64,000 nucleotides of DNA, taken from positions 128,001-192,000 of the forward strand of contig JBILLK010000016.1 of NCBI GenBank assembly GCA_044376115.1. The letters run 5' to 3'. The notes below the pieces were generated by a model. That model was not told the origin of the DNA and made no database searches. It saw nothing but the letters and a program-made list of their open reading frames with translations. Positions 31,475 to 41,638 of the stretch are shown here, in pieces. A program made the position numbers and the translations under genes. The DNA is from Polyangiaceae bacterium. Lineage in GTDB: Bacteria > Myxococcota_A > Polyangia > Polyangiales > Polyangiaceae. Each line of letters starts with the position of its first letter. Position 1 is the first letter of the stretch.

Positions 31475-33496
31475 ATGCCGACGCTCGACTTCACCTGTGC
31501 GATTGGGAACCCGTTCGACATTCGACGATTCACCGTTCGCGAATCGCTTCATAAGCTGTTCTCGGTTGATCTTCTCGTCGTAGCGGAGGACTACAACATC
31601 GACCTTTCCGCCGTCGTTGGGCAGCCCGCGAGCTTCCGCATCGACACGGGCTACGTGCGGGTGGGGGCAACCAAACGCGGTTGGTCTGGCGTCTGCAACT
31701 ACGTCGAGCAGGTGCAGGGGATGGAAGTCGGGAGGCACGGCACGCGCGTGCTCTCGACCTACAAACTGCAGGTGGTGCCGGAGCTCTGGATGCTCGGTCG
31801 GCGCAGGAACCACCGCATCTTTCAGCGCCTGTCGATCCCGGACATCATCGACAAGCTGCTCGGCGAGTGGGGGCTCGAACCGACCTGGAAGATCGAGCGC
31901 GGCAAGTACCCGAAGCTCGAATACAAGAGCCAATACGGCGAGACCGATTACGCCTTCTTCTCTCGCCTACTGGAGGAAGCCGGCATCACGTACATCCTCG
32001 CCGACGAGGAAGAGTCGACGTCGCTCGTGTTCGTCGACGACCTCTCCAACAAGCCGCTGCGTGAGGCTCCCAACGTCCCTTACGAAGACGCGCCGATGGA
32101 GGCCGCACAAAAGCCTTACGTCACCAAGCTTCGTTACTTCCACGACGTAAGGCCGGGAGCGCATGAAGTTGTCGACTTCGACTTCCGCAACCCGAGCTTC
32201 CGTCTGTTCGGTGAAGGGCCGAAGGCCGGTGCACCGGAGATGAAGCTCGAGCACTACGAATACCATCCCGGTGCCGCCCGCATTGAAGGCAAGCCCGGCG
32301 GTAACACGCCGATCGCAGACGATAAGGGCGCCTATCGTTATGACGGTGATTACCTCACTGCGAAGGCCAGTCGCGGGCTCGAGGCGCGCCGCGCCGGCAA
32401 ACGCTCGATCGAATTTGCTACCAACGTCGTGGACCTCTCGCCCGGTGTAGCGCTGCAGATCGACGGCCACCCGCATGAGGCCGTTGCCGAGAAGATCCTC
32501 GTCAACTGGTTCGAGATCAGCGGCACCCACGACGGCCATTGGGACATGACGGTCAACGCGCAGTTTCGCTCCGACGCGTATCGGCCGCCGCTCGAAACCC
32601 CGAAGCCGCAAGTTCACGGTGTTCAGAGCGCCACGGTGGTTGGGCCCAAGGGTCAAGAGATCCACGTCGATGAGTTCGGTCGCGTGCGCGTGCAGTTCCC
32701 GTGGGACCGCGAAGGCACCATGGATGACAACAGCTCGTGTTGGATGCGCGTGAGCCAGGGCTGGTCCGGCACCGGCTTCGGCATGATCAACATCCCGCGC
32801 ATCGGTCAAGAGGTGCTGGTCGGCTTCCTCGACGGCGACCCTGACGAGCCGCTGGTGGTAGGCCGGGTGTTCAACCAGCTCAACCCGGTGCCTTACAAGC
32901 TCCCCGAGAACAAGACGGTCTCCGGGTGGAAGACCAACTCGTCACCGACTACCGGCGGTTACAACGAGTTCAAGTTGGAGGACAAAGCGCAGAAGGAGCT
33001 CATCTACCTCCAGGCGCAAAAAGACCTTCACAAGCTGGTCAAACGTGATTGGACCGAGCGCATTGGGCGACACCACCACCGCACGGTGGTCGAGAATCAG
33101 CACCTGATCGTGGTCAAGACCAAGAAGGAGCTGATCAAGGTGGATGACCATCTGCACGTGATGGGCGATCGCATGCAGAAGATCGACAAGTCCACGTCGC
33201 TCACGGTTGGCGTCGACCAACAAGAGAAGATCGGCAACAAGCACGCGGTCGACGCAGGCAAAGAGATCCATCTCAAAGCAGGAACCAAGGTCGTGGTCGA
33301 GGCTGGCTCGCAGCTCACCATCAAAGGCGCTGGAGGCTTCATCTCGATTCACCCTGGTGGGGTGGACATCGTGGGAACGCTCGTGCGCATCAACAGCGGC
33401 GGTTCAGCCGCCGCTGGTGGCGGCTCGTCACCGACAGCGCCGAAAGACGCCGAGGAGGCTTTCCCGAAGGACTCATCCGACCAAATCCAGGATTAA
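31475..33496 (+). CDS. vgrG: Type VI secretion spike protein VgrG
   Basis: QYGETDYAF.SRLLEEAG, GVQSATVVG, VDEFGRVRVQFPW, IPRIGQEVLVGFLDGDPDEP, LQAQKD. Confidence 0.96.
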   Translation: MPTLDFTCAIGNPFDIRRFTVRESLHKLFSVDLLVVAEDYNIDLSAVVGQPASFRIDTGYVRVGATKRGWSGVCNYVEQVQGMEVGRHGTRVLSTYKLQVVPELWMLGRRRNHRIFQRLSIPDIIDKLLGEWGLEPTWKIERGKYPKLEYKSQYGETDYAFFSRLLEEAGITYILADEEESTSLVFVDDLSNKPLREAPNVPYEDAPMEAAQKPYVTKLRYFHDVRPGAHEVVDFDFRNPSFRLFGEGPKAGAPEMKLEHYEYHPGAARIEGKPGGNTPIADDKGAYRYDGDYLTAKASRGLEARRAGKRSIEFATNVVDLSPGVALQIDGHPHEAVAEKILVNWFEISGTHDGHWDMTVNAQFRSDAYRPPLETPKPQVHGVQSATVVGPKGQEIHVDEFGRVRVQFPWDREGTMDDNSSCWMRVSQGWSGTGFGMINIPRIGQEVLVGFLDGDPDEPLVVGRVFNQLNPVPYKLPENKTVSGWKTNSSPTTGGYNEFKLEDKAQKELIYLQAQKDLHKLVKRDWTERIGRHHHRTVVENQHLIVVKTKKELIKVDDHLHVMGDRMQKIDKSTSLTVGVDQQEKIGNKHAVDAGKEIHLKAGTKVVVEAGSQLTIKGAGGFISIHPGGVDIVGTLVRINSGGSAAAGGGSSPTAPKDAEEAFPKDSSDQIQD

Positions 33497-33499
33497 GCC

Positions 33500-35116
33500 A
33501 TGCCCCCTGCCGCACGCATCTCCGACATGCATACCTGCCCCATGGTCAATCCAGGGCCGGTTCCTCACGTAGGTGGTCCTATCATCTCCGGCAGTCCCAA
33601 CGTCATCACGGGGTACATGCCGCAGGGGCGCGTTGGTGACAGTCTCATCTGCGTCCCCGCGGTGGACAGCATCGCCGCTGGCTCTCCCACCGTGCTCGTC
33701 AACAACATGATGGCGGCGCGGCTCGGTGATTCCACCGCACACGGCGGGAAGATCGTGGCCGGTTGTCCGAGCGTGCTGATCGGGCAAACCGGCCAGGGCT
33801 CGACGCTCGCCGGTGCAGCTGCCAACGGCACGCCGTTCTGCGAAGAATGCGAGAAAGCCAAACGCGCGCTCGCCAAAGAACTCGGGGAGGCGCCCCCGGC
33901 GAATCAGCCTCCCGCGGGCTCGGCAAACACGCTGTTCGAGTCGGGCAAAGCCATCATCGAGAGCATCAAGAAGAAGATCGATGAGATCGCTCCGCCGGCC
34001 AAGCGCGAGGAGTTCAAGAAGCTCATCAAGACGCTCAAGCCGGTGGCGGAGCAGCTGCGGGCCAAAGGTGAAGACGCGCAGTCGGTAGCCAACTGGGCGG
34101 TGACCGCGCGCAAGGTGATCGCCGAGCACTACGGTGCAGAGCTCGACACGCACGGCGATTTGCTCAAGTTCGTCTACGACCGCAACCAAGCCAAATTCGG
34201 GGACAAGCTCGGTCCCGGCGTCGCTTGGCTGATGGAGGACAAGAACAAGAAGTACCGCGACCTCCTCGACGCCGCCGCCGAGGGCAAATTCAAAGAGGGC
34301 CTCAAGAACCTTCGCGGGGACATCGTTGATGACCTGACCGCGAACGTGATCGATGACAAGCGCACCCGCGAGCTCATCCGCATGGCCGCGGAGGGTAAGT
34401 TCAAAGATCTGAAGGGTGAGCTAGCCAGCGATCTGGCCGGCAAGTTCACCGACAACGAGAAGCTCAAAGAGCTCGCTTCCGCCGCGGCGAAGGGTGAGTT
34501 CAAAGAGAAGTTCAAGCAGATCACGGGTGAGGTCGCCTACGATCTGGCCGGCAAGTTCACCGACAACGAGAACCTCAAGATGCTCGCCGAGGCGGCCGCA
34601 CATGGCCATCTCAAGGAGTCGTTCGAGAATCTCAAGGGCAGCCTCGCAAGCGATCTCGTGGGGAATTTCACCAGCGATGAACGTCTCAAGGAGCTGGCGT
34701 CGGCTGCCGCCGATGGCAACTTCGAGGCGAAGTTCCGTGAGATCGCGGGCAAAGAACTCGCAGGCGCTGTCGGCAAACAGGTTGATAACGAGAACATCAA
34801 GGCGCTCGCCGCAGCCTTGGTGGAAGGCAATATCAAAGAGAAGTTCGCGATGGTGAAAGGCGACCTCGCGTCGGACATCGTGAAGAACATGACCGGCAAC
34901 GACAAACTCGGTGTGCTGGCCAAAGCCGCGGTCGAACAGAATTTGCCGCAGCAACTCGGTCAGTTCTCGAAGGAGGCTGTCGATAAGCTGTTTGAGGGCA
35001 TGATGAACAACCCGGAGGCGGCCAAGGTGCTCGGTCCGGTCGTGGACTACCTCAAGGAGCAGGTCAGCACCAAGGTGATGGAGGAGGCGCTGAAGCTGCT
35101 TCCCGGAGGCGGCTGA
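33500..35116 (+). CDS. PAAR-domain effector: PAAR, CxxC linker, putative toxin domain and ~37-aa helical repeats
   Basis: MPPAAR, HTCP, PQGRVGD, AARLGDSTAHGG; PFCEEC; 3-bp gap after vgrG. Confidence 0.88.
   Translation: MPPAARISDMHTCPMVNPGPVPHVGGPIISGSPNVITGYMPQGRVGDSLICVPAVDSIAAGSPTVLVNNMMAARLGDSTAHGGKIVAGCPSVLIGQTGQGSTLAGAAANGTPFCEECEKAKRALAKELGEAPPANQPPAGSANTLFESGKAIIESIKKKIDEIAPPAKREEFKKLIKTLKPVAEQLRAKGEDAQSVANWAVTARKVIAEHYGAELDTHGDLLKFVYDRNQAKFGDKLGPGVAWLMEDKNKKYRDLLDAAAEGKFKEGLKNLRGDIVDDLTANVIDDKRTRELIRMAAEGKFKDLKGELASDLAGKFTDNEKLKELASAAAKGEFKEKFKQITGEVAYDLAGKFTDNENLKMLAEAAAHGHLKESFENLKGSLASDLVGNFTSDERLKELASAAADGNFEAKFREIAGKELAGAVGKQVDNENIKALAAALVEGNIKEKFAMVKGDLASDIVKNMTGNDKLGVLAKAAVEQNLPQQLGQFSKEAVDKLFEGMMNNPEAAKVLGPVVDYLKEQVSTKVMEEALKLLPGGG
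34250..34950 (+). repeat. About 6-7 degenerate 111-bp (37-aa) repeats inside the PAAR effector
   Basis: Identical GATCTGGCCGGCAAGTTCACCGACAACGAGAA at 34430 and 34541; consensus DL.G.FTDNE.LK.LA.AA..G.FKE. Confidence 0.85.
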
Positions 35117-35118
35117 GC

Positions 35119-35628
35119 ATGTTGGTGCTCGACTTCCTGCGAGCCAACACCTTCTTCTCGTTCGACCCGGCTACTGGCGCGCTCGCGCCGAGCGCAACGC
35201 AAGGTGCGCCGAAGGGCGTGGTCATGGAGCTGGGGGATCAGCGCGCCGTGTTTTTCGCCGAGTCGGGGCGCTTGCACCTGCACCTCGGCGAAGAGCGTTG
35301 CGTACTCGGTAAAGGCGCTGATTTGAGCGCCGAGGTCGAGCTGCCCGACGAAGACGGATCTCGCGCCTCGGTTGTGCGAGGTCCCGGCAATGAGCCCGGT
35401 GCTGACACGGTGGTGGTGAAGCTCTCTGGCGAGGATCTGCGCAAGCTGCGGATCGAGAAGGGCGGCAAGCTGCTGCTGGCCCATTCCTACCCAAACCCGA
35501 TCAATCCACCGATGGAGTTCGACCTCGGTATGGCGGAGGAAGAAGACTTCGATCTCGGCCTGTTCATCGCCAATGTTGCAAGCTCCCCTGAGCGTGTGGA
35601 CTTCCTACTCGAGAAGTGGGCGTCTTGA
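35119..35628 (+). CDS. Putative immunity protein
   Basis: Small acidic ORF 2 bp after the effector; C-terminal EEEDFDLGLFIANV. Confidence 0.6.
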   Translation: MLVLDFLRANTFFSFDPATGALAPSATQGAPKGVVMELGDQRAVFFAESGRLHLHLGEERCVLGKGADLSAEVELPDEDGSRASVVRGPGNEPGADTVVVKLSGEDLRKLRIEKGGKLLLAHSYPNPINPPMEFDLGMAEEEDFDLGLFIANVASSPERVDFLLEKWAS

Positions 35629-35675
35629 TTTCCAACCTGGGCGCGGCTGCGGACGTCGCGTCGCGAGCTTCCACC

Positions 35676-36551
35676 ATGAGTGACGCAAGCAACGAGCTAG
35701 CACCGCCCTCCCAGCCGCTTCGTCGCGGCATCCTGATGATCCTCTGGGGGCCGCACGCCTTCCGCAAGATCGTGCTCGAGCCGGGGCAGACGCTGACGAT
35801 TGGTCGCACCGACCGAGCGAACATCGCCGTCAATGATCCGCAGCTGAGCGGCGTCCACTTCAGCATTTGGTGGAGCGGTCGGCAGGCGCTGGTCCGCGAT
35901 CTCGGCAGCGCGACGGGGCTGCAAGTAAACGGTGATTTGCAACCGCGTGGTTTCATCGAACACGGCGGCTTCGTGATCGCCGGCGCGACCACCTTCCAGA
36001 TCTTCGTCGAGGGCTTTACGGCGGTGAGTGAGGAGCCTCTGGCTGCGTCACGCGCAGCGCGCATCGAGGCCATCAAGGCAGAGCTCGGTCCGCGCGACGG
36101 CCAGCTCTACGGCATCTTCGACGCCGCGCGCGATGAGCGCGTGCGCTGGGTACTCGCCGAATCGATCGACGCTCATCAGAATCTCTATGAAGGCTTTGAA
36201 GGGCGCATCCTCGATGACAAGGCGCCCTACCTCGTCCGCTTCGAGGCCGACTCGGATCTGCTCGACCGTTTGTTGATCGGCGGTTGGGGTAACGCCTGGG
36301 GCATCTACTTTCGCTCCGATGCGCACCAAAAGGAGGTCCGGCGTCACGCTCGGCGCTTCTTGATGGCGGAGGAAGAAGAGACGACCGAGAAGCTGTATTT
36401 CCGCTTCTATGATCCGCGGGTTTTTCGCGACTTCGTCAAGGTCGCTACGCCCCGCCAACGGGAAGAACTGCTCGCTTCTACGCAAGGGTACTTCTTCGAA
36501 GCCGAGGACGACTCGGTGGCTAGCCTGCTGCCCGCCGGCCCCACCGGCTGA
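35676..36551 (+). CDS. FHA domain fused to a DUF4123 (T6SS effector adaptor) domain
   Basis: FHA motifs IGR, LSGVHF, DLGSATG; DUF4123 motifs YGIFDAAR, APYLV, WG, YFRFYDPRV. Confidence 0.88.
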   Translation: MSDASNELAPPSQPLRRGILMILWGPHAFRKIVLEPGQTLTIGRTDRANIAVNDPQLSGVHFSIWWSGRQALVRDLGSATGLQVNGDLQPRGFIEHGGFVIAGATTFQIFVEGFTAVSEEPLAASRAARIEAIKAELGPRDGQLYGIFDAARDERVRWVLAESIDAHQNLYEGFEGRILDDKAPYLVRFEADSDLLDRLLIGGWGNAWGIYFRSDAHQKEVRRHARRFLMAEEEETTEKLYFRFYDPRVFRDFVKVATPRQREELLASTQGYFFEAEDDSVASLLPAGPTG

Positions 36552-36566
36552 GGCTCAACTCATCCG

Positions 36567-37688
36567 CTAAAGCTTCCCATTGGGCGCCTTCGCCACGTGG
36601 GCGATCATCTGCGCGAGCGTCGACGCCTCGCGGGCGAGCTGGGCCGGCGAGGGAGCGGTGGTCGCGGTATGCCCATACAGACCCGTGAGGTGCAGCGCCT
36701 GAAACGCGTCTGTGGCTAGACACTGCGCGAGCTTCTCCGACTCGGTGAAGGGGATCACATCGTCGTCGCGCCCGTGCACCACGATCACCTTGCAGCGTGC
36801 TCGTCGTGCTGCCGCGCGGCCGTCGAGATACGCGAGCCGCTGGCGCGCGCGTTCGAGCCCATCCTCGAGCCAGGCGTTGGCACCTTCGCTGAGGCAACAG
36901 CCGCGCAAGAACGGTTCTTGGAGATGCTCGGGAAGCGCCTGCGCGATGCGCTCGGCGTGGGGCCGGCGGCGGTCTTCCTGCTTGAGTTCAGTCTGACCCC
37001 AGGTGGCCTTGACCATCTCGATCCAAGCGTTGGCTAGTAGCGGCTTGTCGCTCACGTCGAGTTCGGGCAACAAGTTCAGGAACACCACCGGGGGATTCAG
37101 CGGGTCACGATGGGACTCGAAGGGCGCTGAGGACGGTTCACAACGACCCGTCACGGCGAAGCGCACCGTTGGAATGAACTCTGCGTAGCCGCCAAATAGC
37201 AACAGCGCGCCCGGCGGCTGCTCACTGCACGCGAGCTCGAGCGCGAGGCGCGATCCAAAGCTGATCGAAAAGATGGCCGGCGCTGGGTGGCCACGTTGAG
37301 CGGCTTGCGCTTGGGCATAGGAAAGCGCCGCTCGCGCGTCATCGAAAGCTGAAGGCTCGAGCACGAGCGAGCTGAAGGAGCGAATGAACGGCGCCACTAC
37401 ACGAAAGCCGGAGGCCGCCAAGATGCGACAAAAGCGATCCAACCGCGGATCATCTGGCCCCGCATAATGCAGGCCGGGCAACACCAAGTAGGTCGCCGTC
37501 GGCGCACGCGCGCCCTCGAAGATCAGCCCACGCGTCGCGCCGAACTCTACCTCGATGCGCCGCACGCCTTGCGGCGTACGAGTGGCGCTCCACGGGCCGA
37601 GCCAATACGCGAGCCGCACGAAGGCCTCGTGCCACGCGCCGGGCTGCAGGCCTTCCGCAGCGCTCTCGAACCAGCGACGCAGCTTCAC
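36567..37688 (-). CDS. Alpha/beta hydrolase-fold protein
   Basis: PGLH, SISFG elbow, VHGRDDDVIP, YGH; GTGA overlap. Confidence 0.7.
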   Translation of the reverse strand: MKLRRWFESAAEGLQPGAWHEAFVRLAYWLGPWSATRTPQGVRRIEVEFGATRGLIFEGARAPTATYLVLPGLHYAGPDDPRLDRFCRILAASGFRVVAPFIRSFSSLVLEPSAFDDARAALSYAQAQAAQRGHPAPAIFSISFGSRLALELACSEQPPGALLLFGGYAEFIPTVRFAVTGRCEPSSAPFESHRDPLNPPVVFLNLLPELDVSDKPLLANAWIEMVKATWGQTELKQEDRRRPHAERIAQALPEHLQEPFLRGCCLSEGANAWLEDGLERARQRLAYLDGRAAARRARCKVIVVHGRDDDVIPFTESEKLAQCLATDAFQALHLTGLYGHTATTAPSPAQLAREASTLAQMIAHVAKAPNGKL

Positions 37689-38305
37689 TCGAACCAGCGC
37701 TCGGGAACCTCGTGGTTCATGAAGTGGATGGTGTTGGGCGCCTTCAAGCTCGACCAAGCGGCGCTCAAGGGGCGCTCGGCGTCCCCAGCGACGAGCCCTT
37801 CACTCGCCGACCAGCTTGGTTTGGCGCCGGGAGCCAGCCCGTGCAGCCCGCTCTGCAACGCGCCGATGATGAAGGTATGGCCGGCCACGCGAGCGTTCAA
37901 TTCGCTCGCGCAGCGTTCGGCGAAGCGTTGTCCGCGTTGCGCCCCGAAGGTCTCGCAGGTTCTGAACCACAAGAGCGGGGCGGTTGCCTTTGCCATACGT
38001 TGGGCCAGTCGAGACAGCCCTTCACGATGCGCATGACCGCGGGAGAATGAGTTCTCCGACAGCACGTCCTCCGCAATGCGCGCTGTTCCCCAGTTGCCGT
38101 GGCCCCAAAATTGGACCTCGCGGATGGCAACGTCGCCGCGAACCGAAGCGAGCCACGCCAGGGCCTCCGTCCAACTCTTGGCGCCGAAGCTCTCATCTAC
38201 CCAGCCGAGCGAGCGATAGAGGTCAGCTCCCACCGACCACGCGCTGCGTAAGGCTTTTTCCCCGGCTTTCGGAGTCCCATCGAAGACCAACAATCGAACG
38301 CCCAC
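37685..38305 (-). CDS. Hypothetical protein
   Basis: QFWGHG and WFRTC motifs (possible His/Cys pair); coupled to the hydrolase. Confidence 0.6.
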   Translation of the reverse strand: MGVRLLVFDGTPKAGEKALRSAWSVGADLYRSLGWVDESFGAKSWTEALAWLASVRGDVAIREVQFWGHGNWGTARIAEDVLSENSFSRGHAHREGLSRLAQRMAKATAPLLWFRTCETFGAQRGQRFAERCASELNARVAGHTFIIGALQSGLHGLAPGAKPSWSASEGLVAGDAERPLSAAWSSLKAPNTIHFMNHEVPERWFE

Positions 38306-38435
38306 GTAGGCGTCGTAGCAAGGTCTCGGCGTTCCGGCCAGCCGCGCCTGAGGCAACTCGATGGGCTCCTTAATCGGCCTTAAACGAGCAGGCGCCTGGC
38401 TTGGCGGGCTGGATCTCGCATGGTACCGCTTGGCG

Positions 38436-39050
38436 ATGATGGCATTGCGCGCGTTGCGGTTTTCCCCGGCATGGATCGCGGCTTCGTTGCTTGCGACAGC
38501 AACCGGCTGCGAGCCCGAGCTTGAGATCGGCGACCATCAGCTGCTGGTCGGCGTTGCGGACAGCGATGCGCAAGCGACCTCGGTGGCCCTCTCGGTCGAG
38601 CAAGGTCAGATCGTCGCTTACGCCTGCGGTGAACAGGCTTCGCTCGAGTCGAATACCGGTTGGTTCGAAGGCGAGCTCGCGGAGGACGGCTCCTTCGACG
38701 TGAGCGCCAAGGGCTTGCGTCTACGCGGACGTGTGCAGGGCGATGAAGCCGAGGGCACGCTTCAGAACCGCGCAGGTGTCCTGCTCTCCTGGCACGCCGA
38801 ACGCAGTCAGCCCGAGCTGCTTGGCGGTCTCTTCATCGCGGGCGGTACAGGCTGCAGTACGGGCGTGATCGTGCACCCCAGCGAGCCTGGACAAGCCCCG
38901 TCGCTGCGAGGTAGCGCTTGCCGCGAGGATGGCACCCGCACGCAGGTCACGCCGGTCCACCCGGAGGCGATCTCCCAACTCGGCTTCGTCGTAAGCTTCC
39001 AAGATGGCCCAGGCCAGAAGCTCGCCATCGTCAATCGCCTGCAACCCTGA
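38436..39050 (+). CDS. Hypothetical lipoprotein
   Basis: Signal peptide ending ATGC; beta-rich mature part. Confidence 0.6.
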   Translation: MMALRALRFSPAWIAASLLATATGCEPELEIGDHQLLVGVADSDAQATSVALSVEQGQIVAYACGEQASLESNTGWFEGELAEDGSFDVSAKGLRLRGRVQGDEAEGTLQNRAGVLLSWHAERSQPELLGGLFIAGGTGCSTGVIVHPSEPGQAPSLRGSACREDGTRTQVTPVHPEAISQLGFVVSFQDGPGQKLAIVNRLQP

Positions 39051-41632
39051 GCGCTCGTTTGAAGCCTGAATTCTTTGCTTCGCCCTCGCGGCTGATCGGG
39101 CGGACGTCCGAGTGCGCCGAGCTCGAGCAGCTGTTGCACGAACATCGCGTGGTCACGCTGTGGGGGCCGGCGGGCATGGGGAAGAGCCGCTTGGCGATGC
39201 ACCTGGCAGAGCGCGCTGAGGGGCGTGGCGAGCCCGCAGTGTTCGCCGAGCTGGCCAATGTGCATGACCGCGAAGGCCTGGTGAGTGCGCTTGCGCACGC
39301 CTTGGATTTGGGCGCCCCGCACGGGCCGCGCGCACACGCCGCCGAGTTTTTGCGTCGCGGTCTCGAGAAGCGCGCTCCAGCGCTGTTGGTCTGGGACAAC
39401 GTCGAGCAAATCACCGAAGTCGCTGCAACCTTGCTGGCCGAATTGCATAGAGGTGCCGGCCGTACGCGCTTTCTTCTCACCACGCGTGAGCTTCTGCGCA
39501 TCGCGCCGGAGCGCGCGTATGAGCTCTTGCCGTTGGGCCTCCCGGTCGTCGGTGAAGACCCGCTCGCTTCCGACGCCGTGCGCCTGTTGGTGGAGCGCGG
39601 CCAAGCTGCAGGCGGCAGCGAGGCCATTCCGAGTGGCGATCTCGAAGGACTCGGGCAGATCGTTACCGAGCTGGAGGGCGTACCCCTGGCGATCGAGCTC
39701 GCAGCGGCTCGGTTGGGGGTCTTGGGTGTGCGCGGCCTGACAGCGCGTTTGGGTCGCAAGTTGGATGTACTCTCGCGTGGGCGGCGCGATATGCCCAGTC
39801 GGCAGTCGAGCTTACGTGGCGCGGTTGCTTGGAGCTGGGAGCTCTTGACGACCCGCGAACGAACGCTGCTCTCGGCTTGTTCGGTCTTTCGCGGGAGCTT
39901 CGATCTCGAGGCGGCCGTCTCCGTCGCACAAGGCGGCGATGCCGAGCTCAAAAGCGACGACGTGATCGACTGTTTGGGCGAGCTGCGCGACAAATCGTTG
40001 CTGCGTGCCCACCGTGAGCCTGGCCGCTTGGCGCTGTTCGAGAGCACGCGCGCGTTCGCCGAGGAGTTGCAAGAAGAGGCGGCGGCGAGCCGCGTTTCGG
40101 CGGCCCACTTGAACTTCTACGAAGCCCGAGCACGGGCTGGGCGATGCGCCGACGACGACCTCGAGAACTTCTCGCACGCCGCGCGTGCAGCGCTGCGTGA
40201 GTCGCGGCTCGAGGCGGCGCTCGAGCTGACCGTGGCAGTGGATGCCATCGTCTCGCGCAGAGGCCCGTTTGGCCATCACTTGGCGCTGCTCGATCAAGTG
40301 GTCGAGGCCGTCGGCACAGGCTCGGTCGACCTCAAGTTGGTGGCAGCCGTGCTGGTCGCACGAGGGCAGGCCCACGCGATGGCTGGGCGGGCCAACGAGG
40401 CTGCGCGCGACTTCGATCGTGCGACAGCTACGGTCTCGCAGAGCAGCGACGACCGACTTTTGACCGAGGTGTTGCTCAAGCGCGGGCTCTTCTTGCATCG
40501 CGAGCGTCGCCTCGATGAGGCCACCGTCTCGTATGAACGCGCGGCGGAGCTGCTCGTGCGCCGCGGGGACGCCGTAGGGCATGGGCGCGCAGTCGGTAAC
40601 TTGGGAGCTGTCTCGCATGACCGAGGCGATCTTGCCGAGGCAGCGCGCCGCTACGAAGAGGCCATCAGTATTTTGCGACGAGCTGGGGAACGACGCATCG
40701 CCGCGACCTTGGAAGGCAACTTCGGCCTGCTCGAACAAGAGCGCGGCGCGCTCGAGTTGGCGCGCGTGCGCTTTGAGCGAGCGGTAAGCGAGCTCGAGGC
40801 GGTCGGTGAGCGGCGCTTGTTGGCCATCGCGATCGGTAACTTGGGAGCGCTATCGCACGAGGCCGAGCGACTTGACGACGCGCTTCGACACGAAGAGCGC
40901 GCCTTGCGGTTGCTCGCCGGGCTCGGGGACAAACGCTCCGAAGCGATCGCTCGTTCGCGACTCGGAGCGGTGCTCGCGGATCTCGAGCGCCTCGACGAAG
41001 GGGAGGCTTCACTCGCTGCGGCGCGCAGGCTGCTGCTCGATACCGAAGACCACCTCGCGCACGGCATCGTCGACATTCACGAGGCCTTCATCGAGTTAGC
41101 GCGCGGTCGCAGCTCCTACACTGAGGGCGACGCTCCGCGCGGTAGCGCCTTCTTCGAGCTGGTGCGATCGCGCATCGCCTCGGCCTTGGTGGAGGGGAGG
41201 GACGGCATCTCGGCGGCGGGGAGCAGCGATGACGTGCGAGTCGCGGTGCGTATCCTCGAGCGCGGCTTGGTACGCGCGGTCGCAAGCCAGACGCACGCAC
41301 CGCTGGTGTTGATCGTCGAGCGTGAGGCGCGTTGGTTTCGCATTGGTGCGGGGGCCGTCGAGTGGCTCGATAAGCGCAGAGCGCCGCGTCTGCTGCTCTT
41401 GGCGCTGGCCAAGCTACGCGAACAAGCGCCGGGCCTGGCGCTCGACGGGGAGGCGCTCTTTGCCGCCGGCTGGCCGGGCGAACGCGTGCTCGCCGAAGCG
41501 CAGGAGAATCGCGTCAACGTAGCGCTGGCGTTCCTGCGTCGCGGCTCGTTGCGACCGCTCTTGATCAAGGGCGAAGGCGGTTACCAGCTCGATGCGAACG
41601 TGCCTGTTTTGTGGTCGGATCGCGAGCCGTAG
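39047..41632 (+). CDS. STAND/NB-ARC-like ATPase with TPRs and a C-terminal winged-HTH (regulator); start uncertain
   Basis: LIGR, GPAGMGKS, LVWDNVE, TTRE, GVPLAIELAA; TPRs; C-terminal WPGE..NRV.VA..LR. Confidence 0.85.
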   Translation: MSARLKPEFFASPSRLIGRTSECAELEQLLHEHRVVTLWGPAGMGKSRLAMHLAERAEGRGEPAVFAELANVHDREGLVSALAHALDLGAPHGPRAHAAEFLRRGLEKRAPALLVWDNVEQITEVAATLLAELHRGAGRTRFLLTTRELLRIAPERAYELLPLGLPVVGEDPLASDAVRLLVERGQAAGGSEAIPSGDLEGLGQIVTELEGVPLAIELAAARLGVLGVRGLTARLGRKLDVLSRGRRDMPSRQSSLRGAVAWSWELLTTRERTLLSACSVFRGSFDLEAAVSVAQGGDAELKSDDVIDCLGELRDKSLLRAHREPGRLALFESTRAFAEELQEEAAASRVSAAHLNFYEARARAGRCADDDLENFSHAARAALRESRLEAALELTVAVDAIVSRRGPFGHHLALLDQVVEAVGTGSVDLKLVAAVLVARGQAHAMAGRANEAARDFDRATATVSQSSDDRLLTEVLLKRGLFLHRERRLDEATVSYERAAELLVRRGDAVGHGRAVGNLGAVSHDRGDLAEAARRYEEAISILRRAGERRIAATLEGNFGLLEQERGALELARVRFERAVSELEAVGERRLLAIAIGNLGALSHEAERLDDALRHEERALRLLAGLGDKRSEAIARSRLGAVLADLERLDEGEASLAAARRLLLDTEDHLAHGIVDIHEAFIELARGRSSYTEGDAPRGSAFFELVRSRIASALVEGRDGISAAGSSDDVRVAVRILERGLVRAVASQTHAPLVLIVEREARWFRIGAGAVEWLDKRRAPRLLLLALAKLREQAPGLALDGEALFAAGWPGERVLAEAQENRVNVALAFLRRGSLRPLLIKGEGGYQLDANVPVLWSDREP

Positions 41633-41638
41633 CCGCGC

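Noticed and set aside
31475..36551. Complete T6SS or phage tail cluster
   Set aside because: No Hcp, sheath, baseplate, membrane complex or ClpV genes in the window
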